Positions 26,918 through 32,387 of a stretch of DNA of 32,387 nt are shown piece after piece; position 1 is the first letter of the stretch; each line of letters opens with the position of its first letter. This DNA comes from Bacteroidota bacterium (GTDB lineage: Bacteria > Bacteroidota > Ignavibacteria > T3Sed10-11): assembly GCA_007128495.1 (NCBI GenBank), contig SKXH01000255.1, positions 1 through 32,387 of the forward strand, written 5' to 3'. The notes under the pieces were generated by a model, which saw only the letters and a list, made by a program, of their open reading frames with translations, was not told where the DNA came from and made no database searches. The translations under genes were made by a program, and so were the position numbers.

Positions 26918-28750
26918 ATGAATTATTTAAAAATCATCCCGGTTTTTATTTTTGTTGCAATCGTTTCGGTACTCCTGTTACAGAGCGATGAAACCGAAAT
27001 TCAACGTAGCGAAACGATAACAAAAGATGAATTATCACATCACGTTCATTATCTTGCATCGGATGAACTTGAAGGAAGACGTGCCGGCACACAGGGAGCA
27101 TATCAAGCCGCACAATATATTGCCGGAGAGTTTATCTCGTATGGATTACTTCCCTCCCCCGACGCTGAGTCCGTTGGAGAAACAGAAGATTATCTGCAAT
27201 CATTCGAATTTTCATCCGGTGTCGAATATGGCGAGGATAACACATTGACGGTGTCGGTGAATGGTGAGAAAATTTCATTTACAATAGATCAAGATTTTAA
27301 AACGCTGCCGTTTTCATCAAGTGCCTCTGTTTCGGGTGAATTGGTCTTTGCCGGTTTCGGTATCTCGGCAGCGAGCGATGATTACGACGATTATGAAAAT
27401 ATATCACTCGATGGCAAGATAGCGCTGATATTTCAGGGTTCTCCGGATATAGAAGACCCGCACGGCATACTGAATCAATATGCTACACCGAGGAATAAAA
27501 CATTTGCTGCCCGCGAGGCGGGTGCCGAAGGATTAATTATCATAACCCAGCCCACCGCTGGTGAAGAGGCACTTATGAGATTGCGGGATGACCGAAATCC
27601 CGCCCTGTCAGGATTGCCGGTTGTAAATATCACACCAAATGTTGCAGCAAAATTGCTCAAAGGATCAGATTACAATGTGGATGATTTGTACAATAAACTT
27701 ATTGAAACTCGCACCCCTAACTCCTTCATTATGAGTAGAGTAACGGCAGATATTCAAACCGATGTCTACACTGTATCTTCTACCGACAACAATGTGATTG
27801 GCTTTCTTCCCGGCAATCATCCTGATAAGAAAGATGAAGTGCTCGTTATCGGTGCTCATTACGATCATCTTGGCTGGGGCGGCCAGGGTTCGATGGCGCC
27901 GAACGAACATGCAATCCATAACGGCGCCGATGACAATGCATCCGGTACAGCCGGTATGCTCGAGCTTGCACAAAAATTTGCCGCAAACCGGGGAGAAATA
28001 GACCGGAGCATACTATTTATTGCGTTCGGCGCTGAAGAACTTGGTTTGATAGGTTCACAGTATTATGTTGAGAATCCATACATCCCGAATGAACAAACTG
28101 CTGCTATGATCAATCTCGATATGATCGGTCGTTTACAGAACGATGAGTTGACGATATTCGGATTCGGTACTTCGCCAATCTGGGATGACTTAATAGAGTC
28201 CTCCACTTATTATGACGACTTTGCTATCCGCACAAATCCCGATGGTTTAGGTCCGAGCGATCATGCATCATTTTATCGAAATGACGTCCCGGTGCTGTTT
28301 TTCCATACCGGTCTCCACGGCGATTATCACAGGCCTTCTGATACTGCGGATAAGATAAATTACGAGGGGATGGAACGAATAGTTACGTATGTATACGACA
28401 TTGCCCGCACAATAACTACCTATGAAGAACAGATAGCATTTACAAGAGCGGATTCACCCCGGCCGCAAGGCGGGATGGGTAATATCAAAGTGTATGTAGG
28501 AACTATGCCGGATTATGTGGGAGAATCCGGCGGGATGAAGGTTACTGAAGTGCGCAACGATTCCCCGGCAGAAAAGGCAGGTATCGAATCGGGAGATGTT
28601 ATTATTAAGTTCGGTGATAAAACTATTGAAAATGTTTATGATTATACGTATGCCTTGAGTGACTTTGAGCCGGGTGATGTTGTTGAGGTGGTAATAAAGC
28701 GAGACGATACCGAGATGATGCTTGAGGTAGAATTGGGTTCCCGCAGGTAA
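26918..28750 (+). CDS. M28-family metallopeptidase with PA insert and C-terminal PDZ domain
   Basis: 610 aa. AAGGAG RBS and a signal anchor. M28 zinc-ligand blocks HYDHLGWGG, GADDNASGTAGMLELA, AFGAEELGLIGS, NLDMIG and PSDHASF. C-terminal PDZ (GMKVTEVRNDSPAEKAGIESGDVIIKFGDK). Confidence 0.85.
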   Translation: MNYLKIIPVFIFVAIVSVLLLQSDETEIQRSETITKDELSHHVHYLASDELEGRRAGTQGAYQAAQYIAGEFISYGLLPSPDAESVGETEDYLQSFEFSSGVEYGEDNTLTVSVNGEKISFTIDQDFKTLPFSSSASVSGELVFAGFGISAASDDYDDYENISLDGKIALIFQGSPDIEDPHGILNQYATPRNKTFAAREAGAEGLIIITQPTAGEEALMRLRDDRNPALSGLPVVNITPNVAAKLLKGSDYNVDDLYNKLIETRTPNSFIMSRVTADIQTDVYTVSSTDNNVIGFLPGNHPDKKDEVLVIGAHYDHLGWGGQGSMAPNEHAIHNGADDNASGTAGMLELAQKFAANRGEIDRSILFIAFGAEELGLIGSQYYVENPYIPNEQTAAMINLDMIGRLQNDELTIFGFGTSPIWDDLIESSTYYDDFAIRTNPDGLGPSDHASFYRNDVPVLFFHTGLHGDYHRPSDTADKINYEGMERIVTYVYDIARTITTYEEQIAFTRADSPRPQGGMGNIKVYVGTMPDYVGESGGMKVTEVRNDSPAEKAGIESGDVIIKFGDKTIENVYDYTYALSDFEPGDVVEVVIKRDDTEMMLEVELGSRR

Positions 28751-28755
28751 AATTT

Positions 28756-29247
28756 TTAAACCATTTTCCGCATAACTTCGCGGAGTTCGTCTTTGGTCAG
28801 GAAGCGTTGCAGCATAGGGAAAAGAATATGGTTTTCTTTGTGAATATGGTTAACCATTATCTGAACAATGGTGCGGGCTATCAATAAAAATTGTTGTATC
28901 GCTTCCTGATCATTTTTATTTTTTGTGATGGCGTGTGCAGCATCCTGGAGGGTTTCAAAATGCCGGGCTAAGTGACGGTGGTCGTCTTTCAGCGATCTTG
29001 TTGGACCATCGACGTACCGTTCGACAACCGGAAACAGCGCTTCTTCCTCCCTTTTATTATGTACATCAACCTCCTCTTTTATGAAGTCCATCGATTGGTC
29101 GAGTGTTTTTAACAGCTCGTCGTCTACTCCCTTTTCTTTGATAGTTGCTGCGATCTTGTTGAGCGTACGAAGATGCCGGAGAACCTCTTCGTGCTCCTGG
29201 ATAAACATTGCAATCGGATCTATCTGGTGTATCGCTGGTTGTGCCAT
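28756..29247 (-). CDS. Hemerythrin-like (HHE cation-binding) domain protein
   Basis: 163 aa from ATG 29247. The track TTG start at 29316 runs through AT-rich promoter-like sequence. Paired His/Glu motifs FIQEHEEVLRHL, HNKREEEALFP, DDHRHL and HIHKENHILFP. Confidence 0.75.
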   Translation of the reverse strand: MAQPAIHQIDPIAMFIQEHEEVLRHLRTLNKIAATIKEKGVDDELLKTLDQSMDFIKEEVDVHNKREEEALFPVVERYVDGPTRSLKDDHRHLARHFETLQDAAHAITKNKNDQEAIQQFLLIARTIVQIMVNHIHKENHILFPMLQRFLTKDELREVMRKMV

Positions 29248-29312
29248 TGTTTTTGACCGGTTGTTAATTCCAGACTTATTATACTGAATATAATAAAAAT
29301 TTATGACAATTA

Positions 29313-29699
29313 TCAAATATAATCATCCATAGCAGCGCGAATTTCATCTTCATCCATACCAAAATAATGACCGAGTTCGTGAAATACGGTCGTAAGTACC
29401 TGGTAGCGCAGCTCATCCTTTGATTTGCATATTCTTTCAATATTTTGTTGAAATATTTGTATTTGATCGGGCATAACCGGGGTCATACCGTACCAGTACC
29501 CGCGTTCGGTCAGCGGAATTCCGGTATACAATCCGAGCAGTGATCTCCTCTCTGACGCTCCTGCCCGGTCAAGATCTTCATCGCCGGGTAGATCTGCTAC
29601 GATAATCTCAACATTATCCAATGCTTTTTGAAAATGTTGAGGAAGCATATGCAATGCATCTTCGACAAGCGCTTCAAATTCGTCTCGTGAAACTTTCAT
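29313..29699 (-). CDS. Minimal zincin-like metallopeptidase family protein (DUF1025/Zincin_1-like)
   Basis: 128 aa from ATG 29699 (GGGA RBS). The N-terminus FEALVEDALHMLPQHFQKALDNVEIIVADLP is typical of the family, and an HExxH site is present (FHELGHYFG). The track TTG start at 29756 would read through a terminator hairpin. Confidence 0.8.
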   Translation of the reverse strand: MKVSRDEFEALVEDALHMLPQHFQKALDNVEIIVADLPGDEDLDRAGASERRSLLGLYTGIPLTERGYWYGMTPVMPDQIQIFQQNIERICKSKDELRYQVLTTVFHELGHYFGMDEDEIRAAMDDYI

Positions 29700-29714
29700 A
29701 CTATTCCCTACCAT

Positions 29715-29742
29715 AGAAAAGACCCGCCAACAAAAAGGCGGG
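29715..29742 (-). terminator. Terminator-like hairpin abutting the zincin gene start
   Basis: The minus strand reads CCCGCC-TTTTTGTT-GGCGGG followed by TCTTTTCT. It ends about 15 nt before the zincin ATG and lies about 100 nt after the Yip1 stop codon. Confidence 0.6.
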
Positions 29743-29747
29743 AATTG

Positions 29748-29802
29748 TCTCCACAAATCTACACGAATTTATTAGTGGCGATTGGTAAAGATTTGTGGGA
29801 GA
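29748..29802. repeat. Imperfect 13/14-nt inverted repeat with a 28-nt loop
   Basis: TCTCCACAAATCT (29748-29760) pairs with AGATTTGTGGGAGA (29789-29802), with one bulged G. It lies in the Yip1-zincin intergenic region, directly upstream (in the minus sense) of the terminator hairpin. Confidence 0.55.
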
Positions 29803-29839
29803 TTTTTCCTTTTTATACATAAATATATCTTGTCAGTCA

Positions 29840-30556
29840 CTAATACATTGAAACTAATGAAGCTATCGCCATCACCGGTAACAGTGCAATGATAATGACT
29901 ATAACTGTTACCAAAAACGCCGCTCCCGTTTTCTCCGATAAAACTTTGGTGCCGACTATTAGTAAAGCAATCGACCAGAGTATGAATAACGTATCCAGCC
30001 CCAATATCATTCCGTACACCAAAGGATTTATTGTAAATGGCGACGGCTCATTGGTGAATAAATACATCCCGAAGATACCTACCTCCGCGGGAAATATAAA
30101 CACTACAGATACTATAATTGGAAATCCCGCATAGGATAAAACCGCACGGACGTTCCGGTATGATACCGGTATTTTCATCATCCTGAGCGTTAACATCGCA
30201 AATATAGATAGCACCATGACCGTTATTATTCCCGCTGCAGGTCCGAGAACCAGAACAAGCGCAAGAATAACCTGTAAATTGTCGATCAATACACCTATAT
30301 TTGCAAACCAAAAAATGAAAGATACGTATGCAAAGCCGAACAACGCCTGAAGCAGATAAATATAATTTTTCTGCTGTGCTAAAATAATGCGCTGCATTGC
30401 GGCTCCCGGAGATTCGACCAGCAGCCATAACGTTTGAAATAGGTCGAGTGATGCAACCCGGTCCTGTATATACCCGCCGCACGAACTGCACGTAACGTTC
30501 AGTCGTTGATTCTCGGTTTTACATACCGGGCAAATTTTTACGTCGGACATAGGCAT
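29840..30556 (-). CDS. Zinc-ribbon plus Yip1-domain polytopic membrane protein
   Basis: 238 aa. N-terminal CPVCKTENQRLNVTCSSCGG (CxxC...CxxC), followed by about five TM helices in a Yip1-like arrangement. The ATG lies 2 nt after the lyase stop codon. Confidence 0.75.
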   Translation of the reverse strand: MPMSDVKICPVCKTENQRLNVTCSSCGGYIQDRVASLDLFQTLWLLVESPGAAMQRIILAQQKNYIYLLQALFGFAYVSFIFWFANIGVLIDNLQVILALVLVLGPAAGIITVMVLSIFAMLTLRMMKIPVSYRNVRAVLSYAGFPIIVSVVFIFPAEVGIFGMYLFTNEPSPFTINPLVYGMILGLDTLFILWSIALLIVGTKVLSEKTGAAFLVTVIVIIIALLPVMAIASLVSMY

Positions 30557-30558
30557 GC

Positions 30559-31935
30559 TTAACCAATAGGTTCAAACAGTGCGGTGAAATGGCGAAGCAT
30601 CGGAGCTTCATAGGTTAATTTGTATCCCCGCAATGCATCACGTTTTTTAAATATTTCAATGATTACTTCAACGACGTAATCTACGTGACTCTGGGTATAT
30701 ACCCTTCGCGGAACTGCAAGCCGTACAAGTTCCATTGAAGCGGGAATGAATGCTCCCGTTTTCTTATCTTTTTTCCCGAACATTACACTGCCGATCTCGA
30801 CAGCCCGTATACCGCCGAAACGATACAATTCACAAACAAGGGCTTGACCGGGAAACTCTTCCGGTGGAATCTGCGGTGTAAATTCTTTTGCATTGATATA
30901 AATTGCATGTCCGCCTGGCGGCCGGAGAATCGGGACACCTGCGTCGATCAGTTTTTCGCCAAGATATTCAATCGAGCGAAGCCGGTAGCGAAGATAATGT
31001 TCATCGACTACCTCATCCAATCCCTGTGAGATTGCCTCAAGGTCGCGACCGGCAAGTCCGCCGTAGGTCGGGAATCCCTCGGTAACGATTAGTATATTCC
31101 GTGCTAATTGTGCCAACTTATCATCGTTCAAGGCAAGAAATCCACCCATATTGACCAGTGCATCCTTTTTCGCACTCATAGTACAGCCATCGGCAAGCGA
31201 GAACATTTCCTGCGCAATTTCTTTCACCGTTTTATCGCCGTACCCCTCTTCCCTCAACTTGATGAAGTATGCATTCTCGGCAAATCTGCAAGCATCCAGA
31301 AAAAACGGAATGTTGTATTTGTGTAGAACATCGCGCACCGCCCGCAGGTTTTCCATAGAAACGGGTTGTCCTCCTCCGGCATTGTTCGTAACCGTCATCA
31401 TACCGATTGGAATGTTCTCAACTCCGGTTTCGTGGATAAACTTTTCAAGTTTATCAATATCCATATTGCCTTTAAACGGATACAATGAGTTCGGGTCTTT
31501 TCCCTCTTCAATGACCAGATCGACCGCTTCGGCGCCCGAATATTCAATATTGGCACGAGTTGTATCGAAATGGGTATTGTTTGGAATTGATTTACCTTCT
31601 TTACCGAGAATAGTGAAGAGTATTTTTTCTGCCGCTCTTCCCTGGTGTGTCGGAATAATAAAATGATAACCGGTAATATCCTTGACCGCTTTTTCAAATC
31701 TATAAAAACTTCGTGCGCCGGCGTATGACTCATCTCCGTCCACAATGCCCGACCATTGCTTTGCACTCATTGCGGCCGTCCCGCTATCTGTTAATAAATC
31801 TATCAAGACATCGTCGGCGTGTATGAAGAACGGATTATAACCGGCATCCTTCAGAATATTTTCTCTTTCCTCTTCGGTTGTGAAACGAATGGGTTCGACT
31901 GTTTTGATACGGAATGGTTCGATTATTGTTTTCAT
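30559..31935 (-). CDS. tnaA: Tryptophanase/tyrosine phenol-lyase family beta-eliminating lyase (more tryptophanase-like)
   Basis: 458 aa from ATG 31935 (the track uses TTG 31938). EPFRIKTVEP, IDLLTDSGT and IPTHQGRAAE. PLP-lysine block CTMSAKKDALVNMGG. EGFPTYGGL, GIRAVEIGS and LRHFTA resemble E. coli TnaA more than Citrobacter TPL, from memory. Confidence 0.9.
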   Translation of the reverse strand: MKTIIEPFRIKTVEPIRFTTEEERENILKDAGYNPFFIHADDVLIDLLTDSGTAAMSAKQWSGIVDGDESYAGARSFYRFEKAVKDITGYHFIIPTHQGRAAEKILFTILGKEGKSIPNNTHFDTTRANIEYSGAEAVDLVIEEGKDPNSLYPFKGNMDIDKLEKFIHETGVENIPIGMMTVTNNAGGGQPVSMENLRAVRDVLHKYNIPFFLDACRFAENAYFIKLREEGYGDKTVKEIAQEMFSLADGCTMSAKKDALVNMGGFLALNDDKLAQLARNILIVTEGFPTYGGLAGRDLEAISQGLDEVVDEHYLRYRLRSIEYLGEKLIDAGVPILRPPGGHAIYINAKEFTPQIPPEEFPGQALVCELYRFGGIRAVEIGSVMFGKKDKKTGAFIPASMELVRLAVPRRVYTQSHVDYVVEVIIEIFKKRDALRGYKLTYEAPMLRHFTALFEPIG

Positions 31936-32025
31936 CAATTTTGAGTCGTATGTTATAGGTGAATGTTATTCAAGATTTTATTAAATTTACAAAAATTATT
32001 ATAGAATTACACGGAAATAAATACG

Positions 32026-32387
32026 ATGAAATATTTCAATTCAAAAACGATCCTCATTACAGGCGGAGCAAGCGGAATTGGCCGATTATTGGCATTAAAA
32101 CTAAGCAGATATAATGTAAAAATAATCTTGTGGGATATCGATGATGAACGGCTCAAAACGGTTGCGACTGAAGCGGCACAAAACAAAAGCGATGTATATG
32201 CATATAATTGCGATGTAACAGACCGTGAGAAGGTATATGAGACAGCAGAAAAAGTGCATTCAGAGGTCGGAAAAGTCGATATTCTCATAAACAATGCCGG
32301 CGTTACAACCGGGAAATTATTTCTGGATTGCACCGACGAAGAGCTTTTGCGAACGATGAATGTGAATGTAATTTCTCATTTTTGGAC
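32026..32387 (+). CDS. Short-chain dehydrogenase/reductase, C-terminus cut by window edge
   Basis: Not in the ORF track because it is open at the window end. ATG 32026: MKYFNSKTILITGGASGIGRLLALKL...DILINNAGV. It has the TGxxxGIG cofactor motif and the NNAG motif. It replaces the antisense ORF 32007..32333. Confidence 0.8.
   Translation, partial: MKYFNSKTILITGGASGIGRLLALKLSRYNVKIILWDIDDERLKTVATEAAQNKSDVYAYNCDVTDREKVYETAEKVHSEVGKVDILINNAGVTTGKLFLDCTDEELLRTMNVNVISHFW

Noticed and set aside
28745-28760. Convergent M28 peptidase and hemerythrin genes whose stop codons are only 5 nt apart, with no terminator between them
   Set aside because: I noted it as possible transcriptional interference. 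Tight convergent ends are common in compact genomes, and there is no structure in the sequence to analyse.
29248-29316. TTG-initiated 23-codon extension of the hemerythrin ORF (MIIVINFYYIQYNK...)
   Set aside because: The sequence is AT-rich and promoter-like with an implausible peptide. The family-like sequence begins at MAQPAIHQID.
30048-30491. 147-aa alternative-frame minus ORF inside the Yip1 gene, and the 171-aa + ORF 31151..31666 inside the lyase gene
   Set aside because: Both overlap genes that have clear family signatures, and neither has motifs or an RBS of its own.
32007-32333. 108-aa minus-strand ORF at the 3' edge
   Set aside because: The opposite strand encodes an unmistakable SDR N-terminus (TGGASGIG, NNAG) starting at 32026.
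1-32387. Search by eye for CRISPR arrays, tRNA/rRNA genes, transposases, integrases, phage genes, toxin-antitoxin pairs or known defence genes
   Set aside because: None were seen. Intergenic regions are short, apart from 24893-25199, and AT-rich without direct-repeat arrays. Every large ORF is accounted for by metabolic, envelope or transport families. A computational scan (tRNAscan-SE, Rfam, a CRISPR finder, DefenseFinder) would be needed to exclude small elements.

Overview
This window is a densely packed chromosomal segment of about 38 protein genes. I saw no rRNA, tRNA, CRISPR array, transposase, integrase or obvious repeat family. The host is an AT-rich Gram-negative bacterium, probably from the FCB superphylum (Ignavibacteria/Chlorobi-like). 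That placement is a low-confidence inference from three things: a TonB-dependent receptor with a CarboxypepD_reg-like N-domain, a Rieske/cytochrome b operon without cytochrome c1, and strong GGAGG ribosome-binding sites. The + strand block 513-6756 holds crotonase, apt, bcp, a DUF3108-like gene, dapF, a lipid kinase, Rieske/cytochrome b and a small TM ORF. The - strand block 6807-24892 holds yihY, purL, a fadL-SGNH lipoprotein pair, a yqeY-cvpA-mutS2-biotin carboxylase-biotin carrier operon, exbB-exbD-exbD, an SDR and a four-gene TonB-receptor module. That module consists of an HMA lipoprotein, a His/Cys-rich mini-protein, the receptor and an 11-His lipoprotein. The + strand block 25200-28750 encodes an exported peroxiredoxin, a PD40 beta-propeller and an M28-PA-PDZ peptidase. 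The - strand block 28756-31935 encodes hemerythrin, a zincin-like peptidase, a Zn-ribbon Yip1 membrane protein and a tryptophanase-family lyase. A partial SDR lies at the 3' edge and a partial Cys-rich protein at the 5' edge; both are missing from the ORF track. Most of the window is housekeeping. The best candidate for an undescribed system is the HMA/His-rich TonB-dependent module at 21013-24892. Secondary candidates are the tryptophanase-Yip1 pair, the FadL-SGNH pair and the exported Prx-PD40-M28/PDZ trio. All family calls rest on motif recognition by eye and memory of family consensus. No searches or computations were run.
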